64,000 nt of DNA from an uncultured Acidobacteriota bacterium (lineage in GTDB: Bacteria > Acidobacteriota > Thermoanaerobaculia > UBA5066). The DNA is taken from NCBI GenBank assembly GCA_963779415.1, contig CAVZYA010000001.1:1888001-1952000 (forward strand), given 5' to 3'. A model generated the notes under the pieces. It saw nothing but the letters and a program-made list of their open reading frames with translations. It was not told where the DNA came from and ran no database searches. Shown piece after piece: positions 20,884 to 31,400 of the stretch. Position 1 is the first letter of the stretch; each line of letters opens with the position of its first letter. The translations under genes were made by a program, and so were the position numbers.

Positions 20884-23838
20884 TCAGTGGAGGAATGGGA
20901 TGTTGAAGGCCCGCACGAGGAAGATCGCCATCTGCCAGCGGGTCAGGGGGGTGTTCGGGCAGTACTTGCCGCCGCCGCAGCCAGCCGTGACGCCCCCCGC
21001 GTAGATGTAATGAATGAAGCGGCAGGTGCCATCCGTCGGCTGGACGTCGCCGAAGAGGGAGTTCCCTCCCGCCGTGCAGTTGTAGGAGCCGACGGAGGGG
21101 ACGGTACCGCTCGTGGGGACGGTGCCACTCGGACCGACCATTCCCACAGCCAGAAAGACGGCCATCTGGCTGCGGGTGACGTTCGAGGAGGGGCAGTACT
21201 TGCCACCGCCGCAGCCGGCGGTGATTCCCTGGGCGTAGACGTAGTGGATCGAGGGGCAGGCAGCGTCGGCCGGTGCCACGTCTCCGAAGAGGGACGTGCC
21301 ACCGGTGGTGCAGTTATAGGTTCCAACACCCGGCACGGTCCCGGACGTGGGAACCGGCACGCCGGGTCCGAGCAGGGAGCGTGCGAGGAGCACAGCCATC
21401 TGCCAGCGGGTGACGTCGCTGGCGGGACAGTAGTTGCCGCCACCGCAGCCGGCGGTGACGCCATTGTGGAAGATACTTTCGACAAAGGGGTAGGAGACGT
21501 CCGAGGTGGGCACGTCGGTGAAGCTCTTGCCAACGTGGAGAGTCCAGGTCCTGGCGACGCCGTTGCTGAGCGTCTCGAGGAAGGTGGCGTCCCAGTGGGC
21601 GGCGGGGCGGGTGGCCGGGTTGGAGACGGAGAGGCGATAGGAGGGCCCTCCGGCCGAGAAGCTGTCGGCGGTGGCGCCGGGAGCGATGGTGCCGTAGCCG
21701 GCAGCCGAATCGAGGAGGGAATAGGTCGCCCCGACAGGACCTGTGAAGGCAGAAGCCGTACCTGTGAGGGCGGCCGGGGAAGCACCGATGTTCTTCCAGG
21801 AGGCGTTGACGAGGAGGGTTTCTCCCGGCTCCAGAATCTTGTTGACGTTCGAGACCGTTCCGCCCGTGGCGTGAGCGTCCTCGACCAGACCGGCGGCCTG
21901 GACGGCGACTGTCGGTGTCTGGGTCGGCGTCGGCTCGGGTCGGCGTGGGAGTCGATGTAGAGCTCGGCGGTGGCGTCGGCGTCCGCGTCGGGGTCGGAGT
22001 CGCGGTCGGAGTGCTCGTTGGGGTCCCTGTCGGCGTGCGAGTCGGAGTTGCCGTCGCTGTCGGAGCGACTGTCGGCGTCCACGTCGGCGTGGACGTTGGG
22101 GTCCGCGTCGGCGTCGCCGTCGGCGTCCGAGTCGGCGTCGCCGTGGCTGTCGCAGCCACTGTCGGCGTCAGGGTCGGAGTGGGCGTGGGGGTCGGCGTCG
22201 CCGTCGGCGTACGAGTCGGCGTGGATGTGGGGGTCAACGTCGACGTCACCGTCGGTGTACGGGTTGGAGTCGGGGTCGCCGTGGCCGTGGGAGGGACTGT
22301 CGGCGTCCGAGTCGGAGTGGACGTCGGGGTTGGCGTCGGCGTCGGTGTATTGGTCGGAGCCGGAGTTAATGTGGGAGTAGGCGTTACGGTCGGGGTTGGC
22401 GTCGGGGAGCCTGACACCGTCAAAACGACGAAGGTGGCGAAGGCGGGTCCGGTCGACGAAGGAGCCGCATAGCCGACAGGCGTGGCCGGCGTCAGCCCCA
22501 TCATCGGCACGGAGACCGTCCCCCCGCCATATGTCCCGCTGACCACCGGTGTCCCGTAGAAGTTCTGCGCGTTGCGGATCTCGTAGGCCGCGCCTGCGCT
22601 CACGGTCCCCGTCAGGTCCACCGCCTGCGTCCCGCTCCCGTCCCAGTTGTCGACGACGATCGTCGCCCGCCCCGCCTCGTACGCGTTCGGCAGAATCGTC
22701 ACATGGTCCTGCGTCGGCGGGCTCGTCCTCGAATAGTACGTGTTGTTCGGGTAGTCGCCCGGCACAAACCCGCTCAGGTCCCCCACGAACGTGTTCCCCG
22801 TGATGGTCTCCCCGGCCCGGCAGCCGGTGCTCCCCGGCGAAAACACACCGCCGCTGACGTTCGTCAGGTAGTTCCCGGTCACCGTCACGCCCGCGCACTT
22901 CGTCGTGGAGTACCCCATCGTCAGCGTCGACAACCACGAGAAGTTCCCCGTCACCGACGTCCCACCGATGTCGAACCCGCTCTCCCCTCCCACCAGCGAC
23001 GTCCCACGCCACCACACGTTCCCGTCCACCTGCGAGTCTATGAACCCCGCCGTCCCCGATCCGTAGGCATGCAGGTTGTAGCCGAACTGGTCGAAAAGAA
23101 TGTTGTGCTTGATGACCTTCGTGCCGCCGTATCCCAGATTCTGCGCGTAGATGGCGTGCCCGTGCGGCCGGTCCGGTGCGTTCCACCCGTTGTAGTAGAT
23201 GATGTTCCCGTAGTACTCCGAGTTCGTGGATATCGACGTCAGATCCAGCCCCTCGCCCGTGTCATGGATGACGACGTTGATGATCTTCGTCCCCGGTCCC
23301 CACACCCCAATACCCGAGTCACGCGCGTCCACCGGGTTCGACCCCGGCGTCGGGTTCCACCGGTTCGGGTTCGAGTCCATCACCTCGAACCCCCAGTACC
23401 ATGTGTACGCCCCGTTACCTTGAGAATCCAGCCGTCGGTACCGAGAACCTCGGGGTTCACGTTCCCGTCCAGCGTCGCCCGCTCCCCCGGATACTGCCGC
23501 ACCACGATCGGCAGGTCCGACGTCCCCGTCAGAGAGCTCGTGAACAGTCCCGTATACGTCCCCCCACGCAGCCAGATCGTGTCCCCGGGATGCACCGCCG
23601 ATGGCTGCGACAGCGCCGTCTGAAGTGCCCACGGATTCGATATCGTCCCCGTCCCCGGCCCCGTGCCCGTCGTCCCCGTCGGTGAAACGTAGAAGTCACT
23701 GACGGAAGCTGGAGTCGTGAACGACGTCAGAAGAAGGAGGCACGCCAAAACCAACCAGGCGGTCGGATTGAATCTCGAGCTGCCCTGGCGGATCCGAAAC
23801 TCAGCGATAGGAAGAGTCCTCTCTTCAGAGGGTAGCAT
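20884..23838 (-). CDS. Surface protein D: beta-helix + Pro/Thr linker + GLVED domain + 3x SLH-like (frameshifts ~23414 and ~21935)
   Basis: ORFs 23380-23838, 21314-23632 and 20884-21513 join; 1-bp deletion vs paralog B; 2-nt-short repeat unit vs paralog C. Confidence 0.8.
21915..22408 (-). repeat. Coding Pro/Thr low-complexity repeat
   Basis: (TPTx)n linker, partly shared with 18000-18487. Confidence 0.85.
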
Positions 23839-23926
23839 CTGCCGCTAACCCTAGGAGCCGTGGAATCCTTCTGCTACTGGCCCGGCGTCGAAAAAAGGCT
23901 CAGGAAGGACAGTACGTCTTGGCCTG

Positions 23927-25489
23927 TTATGAAGGACAGGGCGGATGGTGACGAGCCAAGTGTCCTCGCCCCAACGGAAGTTCGTCGCGGCTGCCTACCG
24001 AGCCCCCGGTTCGACCGAACCGCCACCTCGAGAACGAGAGCCCCGCTGGACCCACACTCGGCGAGAAGGCCCCTCCGATCGCTTGTCTTATGAAAAACGG
24101 CAGGACAACCAGAATCAAGAGTGACGCCTGTGCCAGAAATCGGCTCCAAGTGTGCCTTGCCAGCCAACCGGGATTCGGGTGGATCCCATATGCGACGCAG
24201 CCCACTGCCAAAGGAGCCAGCGCCACTAGCAGCAGAATTCGGCAGAATTGATACCGAAGTGCCCGCCGTCCCGCAATGAAAGCAAGTGCTGCGACGGCCC
24301 AGAAGATGCTCCACTTCTGTGGATTGAAGGTTTCGCTGACCATTTCGGGCGCCGCACGAAATAGTCGGGGGAAGAACTCGATGTATGTCGACACTTTCGA
24401 CAACGGTGTCACAAAATCTTCCATCGTAGCGGGAATCCGCGCTGACCACGACATTCGCAGTGCGAGAGCCGAAAGGACTGCGAGACCTGCCAAGGCCAGC
24501 CTTGCCATCAGAACGGTGGCCCTTTGGGGGCGAACACGTCGAGTCACAAGTGGAAGGGCCATGACCGAGCCGGCTGCGACCGCTACGACCGCCAGCACAA
24601 GTCCTTCTTGTTTTGTCAAAACGCAGGCCGCAAGCAGCGCACCTGCAGCGATTGCTGATGAGAACAAATTCCGATCGTCGAATAGAAGGAGTATTCCGGC
24701 GCTGAAAAAACAAGCAAGCGGGAAATCGGAGTACGTTCCCGGCGCTCCGCCATTACTCCAAAATGCAAGAAAAGGGACGGTCGATGCCATCAGCACCGCC
24801 GTCGCCGCCAGACGGCGTCCCGCCAAGCGTGCAGCGCCCTCATAGACAATCAGAAGGGACACCGGAAAGAACGCCGCGTAAACAGGCCGAAAGACGCGTT
24901 CGTCTTCATTCGTCGTAACGACTTGCTGGATGGCGACCTGGGCGAGAGGGAGCAGGAGCGGGTATCCCCGGTTCCACACGTACCACTGCGGCTCCCGTAG
25001 GACCCTTGGGGTGACACTCTGCTCTGCTCGAACGTACTTCGCCTGAAGACACCACGTGATCCGGCCATCTGCATCCGTCACCGGGTTCGTCATCGCGTCA
25101 ATCAGGACTCCCAGCGACACGAGGATACCTACCGCTGTGACCACCCCGAGGAGCGGATCCCGTATCGCATGCCTCCACGACCGGTAGCCTGTTTTCAAAT
25201 CGCGAGCCACTCGATGTCGACCACAGAGCCAATGGATCAACCCCAGGGCGCCCGGAACGAAAACAATCGAGAGAATGACCCGCCTTCCGAAACCGAGGTG
25301 GAGGAAGTGGGAACTGACATACATCGCTCCGGCCACATAGGCCACACCAAGCAGATAGCTGTAGGCCAGGCGAGTTGGCAGTGGGCGTCTCCGAAGCGCT
25401 GTCAACAGCTCCGAAAGTCCGAGGCCGGCGGTCAGAAACAGCGCCACCCCGCCGATGCCGAAGGCGAACCGTAGCAGACCGCTCGTCAT
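23927..25489 (-). CDS. Polytopic membrane protein, probable GT-C fold glycosyltransferase
   Basis: Many TM segments; DADGRITW..AK, GYPLLLP, YSDFPL, LTKQEG; ATGA overlap with upstream gene. Confidence 0.7.
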   Translation of the reverse strand: MTSGLLRFAFGIGGVALFLTAGLGLSELLTALRRRPLPTRLAYSYLLGVAYVAGAMYVSSHFLHLGFGRRVILSIVFVPGALGLIHWLCGRHRVARDLKTGYRSWRHAIRDPLLGVVTAVGILVSLGVLIDAMTNPVTDADGRITWCLQAKYVRAEQSVTPRVLREPQWYVWNRGYPLLLPLAQVAIQQVVTTNEDERVFRPVYAAFFPVSLLIVYEGAARLAGRRLAATAVLMASTVPFLAFWSNGGAPGTYSDFPLACFFSAGILLLFDDRNLFSSAIAAGALLAACVLTKQEGLVLAVVAVAAGSVMALPLVTRRVRPQRATVLMARLALAGLAVLSALALRMSWSARIPATMEDFVTPLSKVSTYIEFFPRLFRAAPEMVSETFNPQKWSIFWAVAALAFIAGRRALRYQFCRILLLVALAPLAVGCVAYGIHPNPGWLARHTWSRFLAQASLLILVVLPFFIRQAIGGAFSPSVGPAGLSFSRWRFGRTGGSVGSRDELPLGRGHLARHHPPCPS

Positions 25490-26004
25490 CGGGTAGACGG
25501 CACGGCACTTTCGCCTTGTACAGGCCGTCTTCCCCGATTTGCCGGGAAGAGCAGCCTTGTGGTGGCGAGTCGCGGCACCATTCCCCGGCTGCGGGCGATT
25601 ACGGCAAATTCTGGCATTCCTTCGGCTGATCCCGTAGTTGGTCCATCTCCCTGCGCAAGCGCGACTGCGGATTGGTCCAGGAAGAGTGCACGTCTTGGCG
25701 CCAGGTCGTAGCGGATCCAAAGCTCCGAATCGTCGTCCGCGCCTTGGTCTTTTACTAACAAGTACTCGCCGTCTGGCGGGATCGATTTACGAATAGCCTC
25801 TATGCTATCCACATACTCGGCTCCGAAAAGACGCTTGCGCGATTCGATCAACCCCTCGTGCCGAAGCTCCCACCCCTGCTTGATTCTTCTGAGAGTCCTC
25901 ATCAAGGCGCCGGGAGCATTGAGGCTCAGGAAAAGTGCCAGCACCACAAAGAAACCGATTCGCGCGGCTTTCTGTGTGGCCGAGGGTCCGGCAAGCAGAG
26001 GCAT
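25486..26004 (-). CDS. Hypothetical membrane-anchored protein
   Basis: N-terminal TM helix; WIRYDLAPRR; coupled to downstream GT-C. Confidence 0.65.
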   Translation of the reverse strand: MPLLAGPSATQKAARIGFFVVLALFLSLNAPGALMRTLRRIKQGWELRHEGLIESRKRLFGAEYVDSIEAIRKSIPPDGEYLLVKDQGADDDSELWIRYDLAPRRALFLDQSAVALAQGDGPTTGSAEGMPEFAVIARSRGMVPRLATTRLLFPANRGRRPVQGESAVPSTR

Positions 26005-26210
26005 TTCTTGAAATCATATCCTCTCTGCCTCCGCAGTTGGGGTTCGTCAGAGTTCTCTCCAGAAGGTCTACGGGCGCGCCGTGCGGCTCACCTCTTCTTG
26101 CTTCTCGACGTCCTCGCGTTTCCGTTGACAGGCGATCAGCCGGGGCGTCCGTGGAGGACTATTTTGAACGGCAGAGCAACCGCCCGCCATGCTGTGGTGA
26201 CCGGTCCGCC

Positions 26211-27552
26211 CTACGCCACCTTCAGCCAGCGCCAGAGCTCCGGAATCGTGGGGCGCTTGCCGTAGGCGAGGAGGCCGACGCGGAAGATCTTCGCCGTGAC
26301 CCAGAAGAAGCCGAGGATCGTCCCGATCGCGAGGAGGATCGAGAGCCCCACCTGCCAGAGAGGGGGCTCGGAGACGAGCACCCGGATGAACATCGTGATC
26401 GGCGTGTAGATCGGGATCAGGGAGAGCGCCGTCGAGAAGGCCGAGTCGGGGTTCATGATGATCGGCATGACGAGGAACCAGGGGACCATCATGACGATCA
26501 TCACGGGCGTGAGGACCTGCTGGGCCTCCTTCTCCGACGTCACGATCGCGCCCCCGACGGCGTAGATGCAGACGTTGATCAGGTAGCCGAGGACGAAGAA
26601 GACGATGAACCAGAGGGCGAGCGCCGGCCGGAGGAACTGGCCGAGGTTGACCCCCGCCGCGAGCGCCGCCGCGGCGCCGTAAGCCGCGATCGCGCCTCCC
26701 ATCGCGACCCAGATCGTGATCTGCGTCAGGCCGACCGCCGCCATCCCGAGGATCTTTCCCGAGAGAAGCTCGAACGGCGTCATCGAGGAGACGAGGATCT
26801 CGACGATCCGGTCGGTCTTCTCCTGGATGATCCCGCGCATCACCTCCTGACCGTGGAGGAGGACCGGCAGGAAGATGAGGAGGACGAAGACGAAGCCGAC
26901 GAGGAAGTTCATCTCTCCCCCCGTCTTCTCCTCGCCCGCTTTCGTCAGCTGGACGGCCTCGACGCGGAGGTCCCTGAGAAGCGAGTCGATCTCCGAGGGG
27001 TTCACCCCGCGCCCGACGAGGCGCTCCCGCGAGAGGGCGCGATTGACGACGCGGCCGAGCCGCTCCTGGACGATGAGGTCGGTCGACGAGCGGCTGTAGT
27101 ACGTCATCGAGAGGGACGAGTCGGCGAAAGCGCCGGCCGGGACGATGAAGACGCCGTCCAGCCGGTCGGCGTCCCGTTCCGCGTGGAGGCGCTCGAGGAG
27201 CGGCGCGGCCACGTCCTTCGGGTTCTTCCCGGAGGCATCCACGTAATCGGCCCGGACGCTCCCCGGAAGCGGCGCCCGCCGGTGGTCCGGTTTCTCGAGG
27301 TTCTGCGTCGCCGTCTTGAGGGCGTCCACCGGCTCCGGTGCCCGGAGCGCCTCGGTCACCGAGGTGCCGAGCCGCCCGGTCCCGTCCACGACGACGACGT
27401 GCTTTCTCCCCGATCCCTCTCACGGCGAAGAGGCTCGGCACGATCATCAGCGCCCCGAAGAGGAACGGCGTCAGGACGGTCATGATGAGGAAAGACTTCT
27501 TCCGGACCGCCTGCACGTACTCGCGCTTGAAGACCGCCCGGATCTTCTTCAT
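26211..27552 (-). CDS. ABC-2/NatB-like permease (frameshift near 27403)
   Basis: MKKIRAVFKREY start; QEKTDRIVEILVSS..ELLSGKILG; KIFRVGLL. Confidence 0.85.
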
Positions 27553-28475
27553 GCCGCGGCCGTCCCTTCCGGCGCGAGCGTCGACTCCCCCACCTTCTCG
27601 ATGAAGATCTCCTCGAGGGAGGGGGAGACGACCTCGAACCGTCGGATCCGGAGGCGAGGCAACGCCGCTTCGAGGAGCGTCTGCGGATCGACCCCCGCCG
27701 CGAGGACCAGCTCGGCCCGGTTCGTGTCGACGCGCCCGCCGGCGACGCCCGCGAGTGACGTCAGGAACGCCCCGTCGCCGTCGAACTCGAGATGGACGGC
27801 GTTCTTCCCCGAAGAGGCACGGACGTCGGCGAGAGTCCCGTCGAGGACGACCCGCCCGCGGTGGATCAGGACGATCTCCTCGGCCAGCTTCTCGGCCTCG
27901 GCCATCTGGTGGGTGGAGAGAAGGATGGTCTTCCCTTCCGCCTTCAGCTCGAGGAGAAGCCTCCGGACGAGCACGACGTTCACCGGGTCGAGGCCCGCCA
28001 TCGGCTCGTCGAGGATGAGGATCTCCGGATCGTGGAGGAGCGCGCCGACGAGCTGGATCTTCTGCTGGTTTCCCTTCGACAGCTCCTCGACCCTCACCTC
28101 CCGGCGGTCCCACAGCTCGAAGCGCGTCAGCCACCTCTCGGCGCTCGCCCTCACGGCCGCGCCGGTCCGTCCCTTGATCTCCGCGAGGAAGAGGAGCAGC
28201 TCGAGGACCTTCATCTTCCGGTAGAGCCCCCTCTCCTCGGGGAGATACCCGACGCGGTCCCGCGCGGCCTCGACGCTCCCGCCGAAGAGCGAGATCGCCC
28301 CCCGGTCCGGAAGGAAGACCCCGTTGATCATCCGGAGCGTCGTCGTCTTCCCGGCGCCGTTCCGGCCGAGGAGACCGGCGATCGTCCCGCGGCGGATCCC
28401 GAACGAAACGCCGTCCACCGCCTTCACGTCGCCGAAGGTCTTGACGACATCGTTCACGGAGATGACGGTGTCCAC
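27549..28475 (-). CDS. ABC transporter ATP-binding protein (NatA-like)
   Basis: GRNGAGKTT, LSKGNQQ, LILDEP; GTG 28475 chosen as start. Confidence 0.9.
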   Translation of the reverse strand: MDTVISVNDVVKTFGDVKAVDGVSFGIRRGTIAGLLGRNGAGKTTTLRMINGVFLPDRGAISLFGGSVEAARDRVGYLPEERGLYRKMKVLELLLFLAEIKGRTGAAVRASAERWLTRFELWDRREVRVEELSKGNQQKIQLVGALLHDPEILILDEPMAGLDPVNVVLVRRLLLELKAEGKTILLSTHQMAEAEKLAEEIVLIHRGRVVLDGTLADVRASSGKNAVHLEFDGDGAFLTSLAGVAGGRVDTNRAELVLAAGVDPQTLLEAALPRLRIRRFEVVSPSLEEIFIEKVGESTLAPEGTAAA

Positions 28476-28557
28476 GGACCCCAATCGTACGGCACCGGAT
28501 TCGAAGGGCCCTTCCGGCTCTCTCGACCCTCTGCTACCGTCGTTTCCGGAGGTGCCC

Positions 28558-29526
28558 GTGCTCGTCTTCGTCCTTCTTTCGCTCCTCGCCGCGCCCCCCG
28601 CCGCTCCGGGAGAGGACGCCCGGATCCGGACGCTCAAGAGCGAGCTGGACCGGATCGCCGACGCCTCGGACGGGACGCTCGGCGTCTCGATCGTGGAGGT
28701 CGCCTCCGGGAAGAGCGTCTCTCACCAGGGCGGGGAGCCGTTTCCCATGGCGAGCGTCTTCAAGCTGCCGGTCGCCGTCGTCCTCCTTTCGCGCGTCGAC
28801 GCCGGCGCCCTGACGCTCGACGAGAAGCTTCCCGTGACCCGGGGCGATCTCCGGCCGCGGGGACCGGTCTTCGATCGATGGAAACCGGGGGTCTCGCTCA
28901 CCGTCGGCGAGCTTCTGGACGACATGATGGTGGCGAGCGACAACAGCGCGGCCGATCTCCTCGTCCGGCGGCTCGGCGGGACGAAGGCCGTGCGCGAGGG
29001 CCTTTCCGCCCTCGGCCTCTCCGGAATCGACGTCAAGGAGACCGAGCTTCAGATGTGGCTTCTTTCCGACGGCGTCACGGAGGTTCCGGCCGACCTCCGG
29101 ATGACCCCCGAGGCGCTGAAGGCACACGTCGCGAAGGTGCCTCTCGGCGACCGGAAGAAGGCCGAACAGGCGTACGAGAAGAGACCGGGCAACGTGGGGA
29201 CTCCGGAGGCACTCACGCGCCTCCTCGTCCGTCTCGAGAAGAGAGAGCTGCTGTCGCCGGCCTCGACGGACCGCCTTCTTTCGGCCATGAGTCGGTGCGC
29301 GACGGGGGATAAGCGGATTCGCTCCGGCGTCCCGAAGGGGAGCGAGGTCTTCGACAAAACGGGGACGATCGGGCGCTGCGCAAACGACGTCGCTCTCGTC
29401 CGGCTCCCGGGCGGACCGACGCTCGCCATCTCCGTCTTCCTCCGAAGCTCTTACCTCGGCGAGGCCGAGCGCGAGGCCGTACTCGCGCAAGTCGCCCGGG
29501 CGGCGGCGTCGGCGTTCGGCCGGTGA
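28558..29526 (+). CDS. Class A beta-lactamase-like serine hydrolase
   Basis: SVFK, SDN, ETEL, KTG motifs; signal peptide; GGAGG before GTG. Confidence 0.87.
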   Translation: MLVFVLLSLLAAPPAAPGEDARIRTLKSELDRIADASDGTLGVSIVEVASGKSVSHQGGEPFPMASVFKLPVAVVLLSRVDAGALTLDEKLPVTRGDLRPRGPVFDRWKPGVSLTVGELLDDMMVASDNSAADLLVRRLGGTKAVREGLSALGLSGIDVKETELQMWLLSDGVTEVPADLRMTPEALKAHVAKVPLGDRKKAEQAYEKRPGNVGTPEALTRLLVRLEKRELLSPASTDRLLSAMSRCATGDKRIRSGVPKGSEVFDKTGTIGRCANDVALVRLPGGPTLAISVFLRSSYLGEAEREAVLAQVARAAASAFGR

Positions 29527-29551
29527 GGCCCTTCCGGGGATAATCCCGTCC

Positions 29552-30112
29552 GTGCAGGTGGAATCCCTCGCGCCCCCCTATCTCCTTCTCGCTTCCCCGG
29601 CGATGCAGGACCCGAATTTCGCCAACTCCGTCGTCCTGATGGGGCATCACACGAAGGACGGCGCGCTCGGCTGGATCGTCAACCGGGTTCTCGGAGTCGC
29701 CCCGGCCGAGCTGCTCGCGCCCCCTCTCGGGACGGCCGTCCATCCGGAGACGCCGATCCGGGTTGGAGGGCCCGTCCTCTCGAACGGGCTCGTCGTCGTC
29801 TTCCGCCGCGAGGTGGAGGGGATCGAGCAGGTCGAGATGGCCCCCGGGATCCGCGTCTCCGCCTCGGCCGAGATCCTCCCCAGGCTCTTCTCCGAGTTCC
29901 GCGCCGCTCCCGACGGGCTCCTCCTTCTCGGTTACTCGGGATGGGGTCCGGAACAGCTCGAGCACGAGATGGAGGAGGGGGCGTGGCTCATCCTTCCCTA
30001 CGATGAGTCCTTCGCCTTCACGAACGACACGGAAGGGCTCTGGGAGCGCGCGCTCGCCCGGCTCGGCGCCAGCCCGGCGAACGTCTCGTCCTTCCCGGGC
30101 GGCGTGAGCTGA
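29552..30112 (+). CDS. algH: YqgE/AlgH family protein
   Basis: DPNFANSVV, GALGWIVNR, GGPV, GYSGWGPEQLEHE. Confidence 0.88.
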   Translation: MQVESLAPPYLLLASPAMQDPNFANSVVLMGHHTKDGALGWIVNRVLGVAPAELLAPPLGTAVHPETPIRVGGPVLSNGLVVVFRREVEGIEQVEMAPGIRVSASAEILPRLFSEFRAAPDGLLLLGYSGWGPEQLEHEMEEGAWLILPYDESFAFTNDTEGLWERALARLGASPANVSSFPGGVS

Positions 30113-30122
30113 CCCCCCTCCC

Positions 30123-30530
30123 TCAGCCCCGCTCGTAGCGCTCGTCGACGACGACGTCGGGGTGGAGCGAACGGCGGACGGGGCAGCTCTTCCCGGCGTT
30201 CTGGAGTTTCCAGAGCTCCTCGTCGCTGCAGGGCGAGTGGATGCGAAAGCGGGCGACCAGCTTCGCGATCCGTCGGGGTGGCTCCGACGTCATCACCTTC
30301 TCGACGGAGAAGTCGATCCCGTCGAGCGGAATCCCGCGTCGCTTCGCGTAGAGGCCGATCGTCGTCGCCACGCACGAGGCGAAAGACGCCGCGCAGAGGT
30401 CCGTCGGCGAGAAGGTGCTCCCGTCGCCGCCGTTGTCCTTCGGCGCCATCGTCGCGATCGAGGAGGAAGATTCGTGCGTGAGGGTGGTGGTCGTGGGCGA
30501 CGTGAGTCGGCCCGTGATGCGGACGCTCAT
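30123..30530 (-). CDS. OsmC/YhfA family protein
   Basis: APKDNGGDG..FSPTDL..SCV; CPVRRSL. Confidence 0.88.
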   Translation of the reverse strand: MSVRITGRLTSPTTTTLTHESSSSIATMAPKDNGGDGSTFSPTDLCAASFASCVATTIGLYAKRRGIPLDGIDFSVEKVMTSEPPRRIAKLVARFRIHSPCSDEELWKLQNAGKSCPVRRSLHPDVVVDERYERG

Positions 30531-30539
30531 GGCGGCATC

Positions 30540-31400
30540 CTACGGCCGACCCGGGAGGGCGAGAAGCGCCGCGGGGTCGATCCGGGCGCTCCCGAGCCGC
30601 GCCGCCCAGTGGAGGTGCGGCCCCGTGGCGCGCCCGGTCGCCCCGACCGCGCCGAGGAGCTGGCCGGCGGCCACCGTCTCTCCCTCCTTCACGTCGAGAC
30701 GCGAGAGATGGAAGTACATCGTGAAGAGCCCCTCGCCATGATCGAGAACGACGCTCCCGCCCGAGAAGTAGAAATTCCCGGCGAGGGCGACACGCCCTCC
30801 GGCGGCCGCGACGACGGGCGCCCCCGCGGGCGCGGCCACGTCGAGCCCCGCGTGGCGCGAGCGGGTCCTTCCGTTGAAGACGCGGCGCGCTCCGAAGTTC
30901 CGCATCTCCCCGACGGCCGGCCGCCGGAACCCTCCGGTCCAGAGCGGGCCCGGAGGCGACGAGGCGAAGGCGCGGGCGAACGCTTCCCGCTCCCGCCCGA
31001 TCCGTTCCATCTCCTCCAGTGGAGGCTCGACGTATTTCGGGTCGATCCTCAGCTTCTGAACGGCGAACTTCCGCGCCGCGACCGTGAGCGTCGCCGAGGC
31101 CGTCGTCTCCGCTCCCGACGCGTCACGCCCTTCGAAGCGGATCGACCGCTTCCCGGGCGTCGCCTCGAAGTCGACGCCGAAAAGCCCCGAAAAGCGCAGA
31201 CCGCTCGCGTCGGCGACGAGAGCGAGGCGGCGCTCCCCGTCGACGAGAACGACCCCCGAGAGCGGCGCGTCGCCCGCCGCCTCGACGCGGACGATCGCTC
31301 CCTGCGGGGCCGTCCTCGGCGTCAGCGTCACGCGTAGCGTCGATCCGGAGGCCGGACGGGCCGCAAGCGCCACGGCGAAGAGAAGCGCGGCACCTCTCAT
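30540..31400 (-). CDS. M23 family metallopeptidase
   Basis: HAGLD, YFHLS, GPHLHW; signal peptide. Confidence 0.9.
   Translation of the reverse strand: MRGAALLFAVALAARPASGSTLRVTLTPRTAPQGAIVRVEAAGDAPLSGVVLVDGERRLALVADASGLRFSGLFGVDFEATPGKRSIRFEGRDASGAETTASATLTVAARKFAVQKLRIDPKYVEPPLEEMERIGREREAFARAFASSPPGPLWTGGFRRPAVGEMRNFGARRVFNGRTRSRHAGLDVAAPAGAPVVAAAGGRVALAGNFYFSGGSVVLDHGEGLFTMYFHLSRLDVKEGETVAAGQLLGAVGATGRATGPHLHWAARLGSARIDPAALLALPGRP

Noticed and set aside
18000-22408. Pro/Thr repeats as a CRISPR array
   Set aside because: In-frame coding repeats with no unique spacers and no cas genes
13865-23697. Near-identical repeats as DGR template/variable regions
   Set aside because: No reverse transcriptase in the window; repeats are about 1 kb and the differences are mostly synonymous, not adenine-specific
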